Origin: Squalus acanthias
Lineage: Eukaryota
Assembly: GCA_030390025.1 (NCBI GenBank)
Contig: CM059432.1
Span: forward strand, 150,786,001 to 150,850,000
Direction of reading: 5' to 3'
Length of the DNA: 64,000 nucleotides
Both the position numbers and the translations under genes were made by a program. Positions 50,218 to 62,300 of the stretch are shown here, one piece after another. The notes beneath the pieces are model-generated. The model saw nothing but the letters and a program-made list of their open reading frames with translations, did not search any database and was not told the DNA's origin. Positions within the stretch are counted from its first letter, which is position 1, and each line of letters starts with the position of its first letter.

Positions 50218-52364
50218 TATTTTGCGATTGTAACTCATTACTTTGAGTGGCCAATGCAACGTTGAGCCTGGTCTGTGCGAGTATAACATACAACCATTGA
50301 ATGTGGCACAGCACAACTGCAAATGGAGGAGGTTGACAAATTTTGTTTCCAATTACTTTGCAAATCAGTCGTCTGCTTATCAGAATCCAACTCCTGCGAT
50401 ACATTTGCTCCTGTAAACACAATAATGCTAAGATAAGATCATAAAACTGATATCTTTAATGGTCACTGGTGGATTTGTTACAGATTAAGTTTGTCTCTAA
50501 CATATTTGTATTAATGTTTGATTGGATATAATTCATAATAAAACGATAAACACAAACCTCATACAGAAATAGGTTTTGCTTTGGGCTAGGCTAAACAAGA
50601 ACTATCTGAGTCCTGAGGATGAATACAAGCATCTATTAGCATAACCAAACTGACTTGATTTAATTGCGTTACTATGGTTGTGTGATTTGTTTCTCGTCTC
50701 CATGGAAACTGAGGTTGATGGTATAACCCCTTTGTAAAGATGTCTAACTCCTGCTGCACTCTGCAAACACACTACATTTTGGCTCATACTTCTGCTCAGA
50801 TCTCTGTGAATGTTAAACATTATCCTGATGAGGTGCGCAACTACCAGGTTTACAATACTTGATGGGATCGATAATGAATGCCTGTTGTTAATGGGGCAGT
50901 AATGGCCTCAAGATAGGGTCGGTAAGCTTACCGCCTCATTAACATCAGTGACGGGCCCGGTTCCAATTTAACAGGGCCTACCAGCTGGTGTCCAAAATGC
51001 CGGCCTGATTCAGACAATAAGCCCCTTTTAATAGAGAAATCAGGGTGCTGGGATGTGAATAGGACCACGATTGCCATTTTAGGTTGGATCTGGGCCGAGC
51101 CTACCCCAGTTCCATGGGCAATGGAACTGAACAGGTCCACCAAAGGTGAGTGTTGAAATAATTTTGTCCACTGCCACCCTTACCCTCTGTGGTTGCGGCC
51201 CAACCCCCCCCCCCCCCCGCCCCCGTAACTTGTCTTGCTGGCGGACGCACTAGCACAATCTGGAGGCCTCAAGCTGCACCGGGACATCTGTTTGGCGCGC
51301 CGCAGCTTGCCGGCCAAACTTAAATGAGGCCAGGGCCTCAATATTACGGTGCCTTCTGCGCCACCGGAATGAACATAAAAACATAAGAAATAGGAGCTGG
51401 TGTAGGCCATTTGGATCTTGGCGCTGGCTCCGCCATTCAATAAGATCATGGCTGACCTTCGACCTCAACTCCACTTTCCTGCACTATCCCCATATCCCTT
51501 GATTCCCTTAATATCCAAAAATCTATCGATCTCTGTCTTGAATATACTCAACAGCTGAGCCTCCACAGCCCTCTGGGGTAGAGAATTCCAAAGATTCACC
51601 ACCCTCTGAGTGAAGAAATTTCTCCTCATCTCAGTCCTAAATGGCCGACCCCTTATTCTGAGACTGTGACCCCTGGTTCTAGACTCCCCAGCCAGGGGAA
51701 GCATCCTCCCTGCATCTACCCTGTCAAGCCCTGTAAGAATTTTATACGTTTCAAATTGATCACCTCTCATTCTTCTAAACTCTAGGGAATACTGTATATG
51801 CCTAGTCTCCTCAACCTCTCCTCAAGGACAATCCCCCCATCCCAGGAATCATTCTAGTGAAACTTTGTTGCACTTCCTGTAATCCTTCCATAGGTAAGGA
51901 GACCAAAACTGTACACAATACTCCAGGTGTGGTCTCACCAAGGCCCTATATAAGTGCAGTAAGACTTCTTTACTCTTATACTCCAATCCTTTTGCAATAA
52001 ATAATAGTTGTTGTTGTTAAATATCATTTGCTTTCCTAATTGCTTGCTGTACCTGCATGTTAACTTTCTGTGATTTGTGTACAAGGACACCCAGGTCCCT
52101 CTGAATACCAACATTTCCCAATCTCTCACCATTTAAAAATTATTCTGCTTTTCTATTTTTCCTACCAAAGTGGATAACTTCACATTTCTCCACAATCTAT
52201 TCCATCTGCTAGGTCTTGCCCACTCACTTAACCTGTTTATATCCCTTTGCAGCCTCTTTGCATGCTTCTCACAACTTACTTTCCCACCCAGCTTGATTTA
52301 GCTCCAACAGATTTGTCAAACACAATTTCCTTTTCATAAATCTATTTGATTTCCAGCTCTTCCC

Positions 52365-52401
52365 AGTTCTGATGAAAGGTCATCGACCTGAAACGTCAAC
52401 T
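52365..52401 (+). ncRNA. Minimal type I hammerhead ribozyme (5' repeat)
   Basis: AGTT-CTGATGA-A-AGGTC-ATC-GACCT-GAAA-CG-TC-AACT, GUC cleavage triplet. Confidence 0.82.
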
Positions 52402-52536
52402 CTCTTTCTCTCTCCACGGATGCTGCCTGGCCTGCTGAGTTTTTCCAGCGTTTTCTGTTGTTATTTCTGATTTCCAGCATCCGCAGTATTTTGCTATTGT
52501 ATTAGTGTTTGGTTCACTGCCACCTCTCTTCTTGGA

Positions 52537-55288
52537 ATGCCTACCTTGAAGAAGTTCTGCTCTTCTCTTCGACGGGATTTCCGTTTGGCTCTTCAACCTT
52601 GTTCATCTTCATTGATTTCAGTTTCCCTTCTCGTGTTTGATCAGGTATCTGCCAAGACTCAGTTTCACAGCCACATTACTTTCCTCAGCAACTGTCTCCG
52701 GTTCCGACTTATCCCACGTGGATTCCAACTAAACTTCCACCCTTCGTGTTTCGGATCCACCCAGGATTACAAATATCTCCAAGATATTCATCGTTCCTCG
52801 AACTACTGCTCTCGCCGCATCTTGAGATCCACGCTCAACGCCATGCGGCGCCACATGAACACTCTCGACATCTCTCTTCAGCAGCACCGACGCACTCTAT
52901 CTCAAAGCTGTCCGGGTCCACAGTTCCATTTCATCCTTAGACTCATCCGACGCTTCAACAAAAAACTTTTCTTCTTCCTTTCCGATGTCAAGGATCGCAA
53001 GCTTCAACAACTCTTGGACACTAAAGCCCCTCCGGAACCTTCTTCCCCTTCACTTTCCTCTGACCCCCCTTCTCCCAATCTCACCCCCTGCCGCGTTTTC
53101 ACTATCCCCTCTGACCTTCCCCTCTCTGACTCCGAACGATCAGTCCTCAGCAAAGGCCTGAGCTTCATCCCCTTACGCCCCCATCTCAATGAATTTCGAG
53201 CTCGGCACGATGCTGAGCTCTTTTTCCGCCGCCTCCGTCTCCGTGCCCACTTCTCTGGCCAGGAGTCTTCCCCCCCGCACGGCTGACCCTTTCTCCCGCT
53301 TTCAGAATTCTCGTTCCACCTGGACCCCTCCCTCTGGCCTCTTACCCTCTCTTGATCTTTTTATTGCTAACTGCCGCCGTGACATCGGCCAGCTCAATTT
53401 CTCTGCTCCCCTCACTCGCTCCAACCTACCTCCCTCTGAACTTGCAGCACTCCATTCTCTCCGATCCAACCCTGACATTGTCATTAAACCTGCTGACAAG
53501 GGTGGCGCTGTTGTTGTTTGGCGAACCGACCTCTACCTAGCGGAAGTTGAACGCCAACTCTCTGACACCTCCTCCTACCTCCACCTGGACCATGACCCCA
53601 CTACCGAACATCAAGCCACCGTGTCCAAGACTGTCACTGACCTCATCTCCTCTGGAGATCTTCCCCCCACGGCCGCCAACCTCATAGTTCCCCAACCCCG
53701 CACAGCCCGCTTCTACCTCCTTCCCAAGATCCACAAACAGGACTGCCCCGGTAGACCCATCGTTTCAGCCTGTTCTTGCCCCACGGAACATATCTCTTCC
53801 TATCTCGACTCTATTTTTTCTCCCCTTGTCCAGTCTCTTCCCACCTACATCCGCAACTCTTCCGATGCCCTCCGCCATTTTAACAGTTTCCAGTTTCCCG
53901 GCCCCAACCGTCTCCTCTTCACTATGGACGTACAATCCCTCTACACCTCCATTCCCCACCAGGATGGCCTGAGGGCGCTCCGCTTCTTCCTTGAACAGAG
54001 GCCCAACCAGTCCCCATCCACCACCACCCTCCTCCGCCTGGCTGAACTTGTTCTCACATTGAACAACTTCTCCTTTGACTCTACCCATTTCCTCCAAATT
54101 AAAGGTGTTGCTATGGGTACCCGCATGGGTCCTAGCTATGCCTGCCTTTTCGTGGGATATGTGGAACACTCTTTGTTCCAGTCCTACTCGGGTCCCCTCC
54201 CTCACCTCTTTTTCCGGTACATTGATGACTGTATCGGTGCCGTCTCCTGCTCTCGCCCTGAACTAGAACATTTCATTCACTATGCTTCCAATTTCCACCC
54301 TTCCCTCACCTTCACATGGTCCATCTCCGACTCTTCCCTTCCCTTCCTCGACTTCTCCATCTCCATCTCTGGGGATAGGTTATTGACTAACATTCACTAC
54401 AAGCCCACCGACTCCCACAGCTACCTGGACTACACTTCCTCCCACCCCGCCTCCTGTAAGGACTCTATTCCATTCTCCCAGTTTCTCCGTCTCCGCCGCA
54501 TCTGCTCTGATGATGCCACCTTCCATACCAGTGCTTCCGACATGTCTTCCTTTTTCCTCAACCGAGGATTCCCCTCTACCGTGGTCGACACGGCCCTCGA
54601 CCGTGTCCGTTCTATCTCCCGCACATCTGCCCTCACCCCTGCCCCTCCCTCCCGGAACCACGATAGGGTTCCCCTTGTCCTCACCTTTCACCCCACCAGC
54701 CTCCACATTCAACGGATCATCCTCCGCCATTTCCGCCACCTCCAGCGTGATCCCACCACCAAACACATCTTCCCCTCACCTCCCCTTTCAGCATTCCGTA
54801 GGGACCGCTCCCTCCGCGACACCCTAGTCCACTCCTCTACCACCCCCAGCACCCCTTCCCCTTCGCCCGGCACCTTCCCGTGCACGCGCAGGAGATGCAA
54901 CACATGCCCTTATACCTCCCCTCTTCCCACTGTCCAGGGCCCCAAACACCCCTTCCAGGTGAAACAGCGATTTACTTGTACTTCCTGCAATTTAGTATAC
55001 TGTATTCGCTGCTCACGATGTGGACTCCTCTACATTGGGGAGACCAAACGCAGATTGGGTGACCGCTTTGCGGAACACCTCCGTTCAGTCCGTAAGGGGG
55101 ACCCCGAGCTCCCGGTGGCCTGTCACTTTAATTCACCGCTTCACTCCCACTCTGACCTCACCGTCCTCGGTCTATTACACTGTTCCACGGAAGCTCAGCG
55201 TAAGCTCGAGGAACAGCACCTCATCTTTCGTTTAGGCACGCTACAGCCCTCTGGACTCAATATCGAGTTCAACAATTTTAGATCATAA
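52537..55288 (+). CDS. Penelope RT/GIY-YIG polyprotein with one +1 frameshift (~53270)
   Basis: IKPADKGG, LPKIHK, MDVQSLYTSI, GVAMG, RYIDD, CxxxxCxxC linker, LVYCIRCSRCGLLYIGET, RFAEH. Confidence 0.93.
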
Positions 55289-55565
55289 CCTCAGCTCCAA
55301 TCACATTTATATTTTATTTTATCCACCCTTTTATTTGTCCCCCCCCACCTTTTTTTTCCTCCTAGAAGCTGGCAGCTGTCCTTCATTCTGCCAGTGGATT
55401 TCACACTTCATTCAGCCTTAATCTGTCACATTAACACCACCTCTAGCCTTGCATATCTCTTAATGTCTCTTAATGTCTCTTCATCTCCCCCTTTGTTCCT
55501 TTATCCCCTCCCCCTTTTCCCAGCTTTACCCTGGCCTTAAATCTATTTGATTTCCAGCTCTTCCC

Positions 55566-55602
55566 AGTTCTGATGAAAGGTCATCGACCTGAAACGTCAA
55601 CT
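55566..55602 (+). ncRNA. Minimal type I hammerhead ribozyme (3' repeat)
   Basis: Identical to 52365-52401. Confidence 0.82.
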
Positions 55603-57274
55603 CTCTTTCTCTCTCCACGGATGCTGCCTGGCCTGCTGAGTTTTTCCAGCGTTTTCTGTTGTTATTTCCTTTTCATAAATTCGCTTTGACTCTGCCCAAT
55701 CATATTATGATTTTCTAAGTGCCCTGTTACCACATTCCTAGTAATACATTCTAGCATTTTTCCTACTACTGATGTCAGGCTAACTGGCCTATAGTTCCCT
55801 ATTTTCTCTCTCCCTCCCTTCTTGAATAGCGGAGTTACACTTACTACCTTCCAATCCACGGATCTGTTCTAGGATCTAGGGGATTCGAGAAGATCAAAAC
55901 CTATCTACTATCTTTGTAACCACCTCTTTTAAAACCCGAGGTTGTAGGCCATCAAGTCCAGGGGATTTGTTGGCTTTTAGTCCCATTAATTTCTCCAGTA
56001 CTATTTTTTTACGAATACAAATTTCTTTAAGTTCCTCATTCTCACTAGACCCTTGGTTCCCCACTATTTATGGAATGTTTTTTGGGTCTTCTTCCATGAA
56101 GACAGATACAAAGTATTTGCTTAATGTCTTTGCCATTTCCTTATTCCCCATCATAATATCTCCTGTCTCTGCCTGTAAGGGACCCACATTTACTTTCGCT
56201 AATCTCAACCTTTTTACATACCTATCGAAGCTTTTACAATCTATTTTTATATTTCTTGCTAGTTTACTCTCATATTCTTTATTCTCTCTTCATCAATTTC
56301 TTGGTTATCCTTTGCTGAATTCTAAAATCCTCCCAATCCTTGGGCTTACTACTCTTTCTGGCAACATTATAAGCTTCTCCCTTTTATCTAATACTATCTT
56401 TAACTTCTCTTGTTAGCCACGGTTGGACCATTTTTCCTGTGGAGTTTTTATTCCTTAAGGAAATGTATATTCATTGCGAATTATGAATTATTTCTTTAAA
56501 TGTTTGCCATTGCTTATCTATCATCATATCTTTTAATCTAGTTTCCCAATCCACCTGAGCCAACTCCCCCTCATACCTACGTCATTTGCTTTGTTCAGAT
56601 TTAAGACCCTAGTTTTGGACTTAAATAAATCACTCTCAAACTTAATATAAAATCATATTATGGTCACTCTTCCCCAGAGGCTCCTTTACTGCAAGGTTAA
56701 TAATTAATCATGTCTCTTTGCACAATACTAGTTCTAAAATAGCCTGTTCCCTGGTTCGTTCCTCGACATACTGATTTAGAAAACTATCTTGAATGTATTC
56801 CATGAACTCGTCCTCCACGCTATTAACAGCAAATTTGCTTTGCCCTATCTATATGAAAATTAAAATCACCCATGATTACTGTATTACCCTTGTTACATGC
56901 TCCTCTAATTTCCGGCTTTATACTCTGCGCGACATTACAACTACTGTTAGGGGCCTACAAACAACTCCCACCAGTGCTTTCTCTCCTTTGTTGTTTCTTA
57001 GCTCCACCCAAAGTAATTTTCCCAGCAGAGGCGGGTTCACGGCGGGAGAGGTAGTTGGCGGGTTCCAGTTCCGCTTCCATCTCCAGCTGCTCTGCGCAAA
57101 CAATTTTCCGTTGATTGGGCTTGTTAAACCCGCCGTGCGTGTTACCCGGCCTAATCACCAGGTGTGCATGTGCTGAGCTCCACTGATGACGCCTTTGCAG
57201 CTGGTGTATTTAAGGGGGCCGTGACCCCATCACTCTCACTTCGGTTTCGATGCTCCTCAGAGCTGGTGCTTTGA

Positions 57275-59150
57275 ATGGTGACTGAAGAAAGAACAAAGGC
57301 TGCTCCCCGCTTCAAAGAGGACTCCCTCCATGTTCTTGTGGAGGCAGTCAGGGGACGCAGGGAGGTACTATTCCCTGGGGATGGAAGGAGGAAACCTCCT
57401 CAGCAGACCAAGGCAGCCTGGCTGCAAATAGCTGAGGAGGTGAATGCAAGGTTTGTGTTAACTCGCACCTGGGTCCAATGTAGGAAGAGGTTCAATGATC
57501 TCCTGCGTTCAGCAAAAGTGACTATAAAAGCACACTTACCTTCATTCTGCTGTGCCTGTCTTCACATCATCATCACTCTGCAGTGCCAACCCCACTCCTG
57601 CACATCCTAACTCACCCCAACGTTCCTTGCACCGTCACCCATCCCTCTCTCCCTATGTACAGAATCACATCCCCATCTTACTATACATCCCTTACACTCA
57701 TTCTCAATAATAGCAACTAACAACTGAAAAGGAGGGCAATTGGTATTGGCACCTCACTCCACCATAGTCTGCCTCTAAACATCTATCCTATCCATTCTTT
57801 ACACTCATCCCATCACTCTCACTAAAACTGCACTTCTTTCCCTCATTGCAGGAAAAGAGTGCCCACAATAAGCGGGAGAGGGAGCGAACAGGAGGAGGAC
57901 CACCATCCTTCTCACAGCTCACCCACGCTGAGGAGGCAGCTCTGGACATTGGGATCGGTGGAACAGCTAGAAGTGGGGGACGGAGAGACGGGCTCAGTAG
58001 AACAACCTGGTGACAGAATTATTTTCCATCCATCTTACTTGGCATTCATCAGTGACTCATATGGGATCTGATGCCAATAGAAATTGAATGCTCATCATGT
58101 GCACAATCGAATGTGTGTGTAATCTACATATCACATGTCTAAATCACGTCTTTACTCTCCACAGGGCCATCAAGAGCCCCCCTCCCTACTGTCCAGGAGG
58201 AAGAGCAGGAGGACTCCTCAGAGAAACCTCCAGCCTCTGAGGGAGCAGCGTCAGCAGAAATGAGCGAACCCAGCACCAGCGCAGAGACGCACACCTCGGT
58301 GGGCCCAACATGAGATAGAGATAGAGTAATGTTGTCACCTGGTGTCTCACAAGTGAGCAAGAGCAGATGGTGGAGACAGGGACACAAGTGGAGAGTCCTC
58401 GTCGGAGGCTGCAGGATGCTCCTTGCTCTGCTCAGCTGCATTGAGCCTTGGGGGCCATCCAGGAAGAGAGCGGTGCTGGAGTTTCAGGAACAAGTGCAGG
58501 AGGCACTGACTGGGTTAGCAACCATGGCGACTGCAAGGGTGCAGAGAATGGAGGAGTCCATCTCAAATATGAGCAATGCCATGGCGCACGCACTGGCAAC
58601 TGTAGGTCCCGCCATGGAAAGGATGGCAACCTCCATGGAGGACATAAATCGGCAGACACAGGAGAACATGGTAACACTTCTAAATAGATGGTCAGCTATG
58701 GAGGAGAGAAACCAAAGGTTCATGGACATCCTTGTTATGAGGAATGTCAGCACAGACATGGGTCCTAATGGCCCCACTGATGTGCAGCAAGGTGCCCTCC
58801 AGCTACTTGCTAGCAGAGAAGTGCGGGTGACCCATGAGAGGGATGGTGGTGGGAGGCGACATGGAAATGGGGGCTCCTCTCCAAGCACTCAAACTGACAT
58901 CCCATTGCCAACCCCTCGGTCAGAGCCCCAGATGCCTCCCCGAACAGTGATGGCCGAGTCTGCCCCTGCACAGCCGCAGGAGGAGCAGACTTTGGCGGGG
59001 CCCTCATAGGCTCCAAAACCCACAGGATGACCACAAAAGGCATCTAAGCAGCCGCAGCAGGGAAGTGAGCAGGCTGCCTCTACATCTGCTGAAGCTACAG
59101 AGGGAGCACCACGTAGAAGCATGCGTAAAAGAAAGCTAACACATAAATAG
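57275..59150 (+). pseudogene. Harbinger Myb/SANT partner gene, 3 exons
   Basis: APRFKEDSLHVLVEAV..AWLQIAEEV..QCRKRFNDL; exons 57275-57517, 57852-58009 and 58165 onward; stops in exon 3. Confidence 0.85.
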
Positions 59151-59348
59151 TCACAAGGGTAGTCACTTGGGTGTTTTGCTCTAAATGAATGTTAAGTTTC
59201 TGTTCTTTTATTTTGTTGTAATAAAGTAATGTTTTGTGAATGTTTGAATGCGTTGCCCTATGTGTGCTTACAATTGGAAGTGGTACAGTGAGGGGTGAGG
59301 GCGCCTTTCATCTGTAGCAATGGTGGTGAAAGTGCTAGGAATGCACAG

Positions 59349-62300
59349 TGTGGTAACACAATACAGCTTCCTGTGACTCGAACTTTATTACATCACTTCC
59401 TGTGATTAGTCCAGGATAAATACTGGGCTGATCAGTGGGATCCTGGAGAGGCATAGAGTAAGACCTCTTTTGTATGTATCAACTTTTTAGTTGATTAAAG
59501 CTTACTTTAAGTTCACCACGCGTAAGGCTCATTCTTACGACAATTTAATCAACTTTGAAAAACTTCGCACTCAAACTTTTTGGACGAACTCGGAACTAAG
59601 GATCCAGGGAATCACCCATCATGGAAAACATCCTTAAACCATCGCGTCTTGACTTGGACCCAAACACCCCAGCAGCCGGTAAGGTGTGGAAACACTGGTA
59701 TCGCACGTTTGACAATTTTCTCGAATATTGCAAGGCTGATGATGACTCAAAATTGCGGATACTCATCAACTGTGTCACCCCGAATGTATTTCAGTATGTC
59801 GAGGAATGGGGCAGTTACGAGGAGGCAATTCGGACGCTTAAGAGACTATATACTAAGACACCGAATGAGGTCTATGCCAGACATCTACTAGCTACAGCCC
59901 AACAAGGGCCGGAGGAATCCATTGATAAATTCCTCCAAGAGCTTCGCAGACTTAGTATGGACTGTAACTTTCAGGCGGCCTCAGCTGAGCTGTACCGTGA
60001 AGAAATGATCCGTGATGCTTTCATCTGCGGGCTTGCCTCCCCATTTATACGCCAGCGTCTACTGGAAAGTAAGACACTTGAGCTTCAGAGAGCTTATGAC
60101 ATGGCTTGCTCTCTAGATCTGGCAAAAAGAAATGCAGACCTTTATACAGTGCCCAGACCTCGGTCTGCTGCCTTAACTACAGTCAGGCAATTTAAGAGGC
60201 CACAGGTGAACTCTATTAGGGAGGACTTTATCCCTGACGATCAATCTGATGACTTCACTGATGAAGAGGATGATGACCCCACTGTGGCAGCCTCTTGGCA
60301 ATCTAAGAAATGCTTCTTTTGTGGTGATGAGTTTCACCCTCGGAAATTCTGCCCTGCTCGCAATGCGTTTTGCAGTCATTGCAACAAAAAGGGTCATTTT
60401 GCAAAGGTTTGCCTATCAAGAGCCTCTACGAGGGCTTATCAAGCTAAGTCCTACCGAACTGCCCCGGTAAGGGCCTATCAAGATGTTCCGGCTAAAATCT
60501 ATCGTGCTTCCTCTCGGGTTTTCTCTCGAAGAAACACACCTAGAGTTTCAGCCACTCTTTGTGCAACGACACCAATTACAGCTGCTTGTCCTCAGAACCT
60601 ATTCCATGCAGCTACAAAAGCATCAATTAATGGACATACTTTAGATGCCTTAATTGACTCAGGTAGCACTGATAGTTTCATTAGTGAACAGATTGTTGCA
60701 GAGTTAAAGCTACATGTTTTCCCATCGGACCAGGCAATTGCGATGGCTCAGTCATCACTTAATACCAGAATTTCTGGCTTTTGTATGGTTGAAATAACAC
60801 TTAATGGTCACAGGTATCCCTCCACCCGGCTTTCGGTGCTCAAGGACTTATGTAGTGATCTTATCTTAGGGCTAGATTTTCAAAAGCAGCATAAGAAGCT
60901 CACCATTGAGTTCGGCGGATCCAAACCTGAACTCACTATTTCTAATATACGACCTCGATTACCGTTCTGTGCATTGTCAGCAGCTTCACTGGATGAACCC
61001 TCACTGTTTACCAGTATCCCTCCTCGATGCAAACCGATTATAACAAAGTCACGACGTTTCAGTCAGGAAGACCAGTCTTTTATTGCGGCTGAGATTTCTC
61101 GGCTTTTAGCAGAGGATATCATCGAGCCTTGTTCGTCGCCATGGCGCGCCCAGGTCGTTATTGTTAAGAACCCTCTACAACCTCACAAGAAACGGCTGTG
61201 CATTGACTATTCACAGACCATCAATCAATATACGGACTTGGACGCATACCCATTGCCGCGCATCGATGATATGGTTAATAAACTGGCTGAGTACACGGTG
61301 TTCTCAACATATGATCTGAAAAGTGCCTATCATCAGGTACCCTTGAAGGTCTCAGACAAGCAGTATACGGCCTTTGAAGCCAATGACGGCTGTATCAATT
61401 TCGTCGCCTCCCCTTTGGGGTCACTAATGGAGTGGCTGTCTTCCAGCGAGCAATGGATGACCTGGTCAAACAGGAAGACTTAAAGGATACGTTTCCTTAT
61501 CTGGACAATATTACTGTCGCAGGTCGCAATCAGCGGGAACATGACGCCAATCTCCAACGATTTTGGGATGCACTCCAGCACCGTAATTTGACATTAAATG
61601 CGGCTAAATCCATTGAGTCACAACCAACCATCAACATCCTTGGCTATTGTGTGGGCAATGGCATCATTAAACCTGACCCTGAAAGGCTTCGCCCACTCCA
61701 AGAACTCCCGCCACCTAAGAATCCGGCCTCCTTGCGCCGGGCCCTCGGCCTGTTTGCATTCTATGCTAAATGGATTCCTAACTTCTCGGACCGAATCCAA
61801 CCTCTACTGAAGGCCAGCACATTCCCACTAGACACAGCGGCTGTTGCAGCCTTTAACCTCCTGAAAAAACAGTTGGAGAAAGCGGCTCTTCACTCCATCG
61901 ATGAGAGTCTTCCTTTTGTTGTTGAGTGTGATGCCTCGGAGGTGGCGATCTCGGCCACTCTGAATCAGGAAGGTCGTCCGGTGGCATTTTTGTCCAGGAC
62001 TTTTCAAGGGGCTGAGCTACATTATCCTCCAGTCGAGAAAGAAGCTACAGCCATCATAGAGGCAGTACGGAAGTGGACTCATCTCCTAGCTCGCCAGCAC
62101 TTTACCTTAATCACGGACCAGCGATCGGTCGCCTTCATGCTCGATAATCGAAAACGGACCAAAATTAAAAATAATAAAATCCAGCTTTGGCGGCTGGAAT
62201 TGGCCTCTTTTGGTTACACCATCCACTATCGACCTGGCAAGGAGAATGTGGCTCCGGATACCCTCACACGAGCATTCTGCTCCGCCATGGCACCCTCTAC

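Larger units (their letters stand above)
52338..55668 (+). mobile_element. Penelope-like retroelement (probably Neptune group), near intact
   Basis: ~130-bp direct repeats (52338-52467, 55539-55668), 17-bp duplication ATTTCCTTTTCATAAAT, RT plus GIY-YIG ORF. Confidence 0.95.
51371..57014 (-). mobile_element. Degraded CR1 LINE hosting the Penelope insertion
   Basis: FFTQRVVNLWNSLP, NYRPVSLTSVVGK, EN-region remnants; stops and deletions. Confidence 0.88.

Noticed and set aside
55967..56416. Hydrophobic membrane-protein-like ORF
   Set aside because: Antisense of a purine-rich CR1 ORF2.
61380..61440. Programmed ribosomal frameshift in Gypsy pol
   Set aside because: Falls inside the RT domain with no slippery heptamer; a 1-bp deletion explains it.
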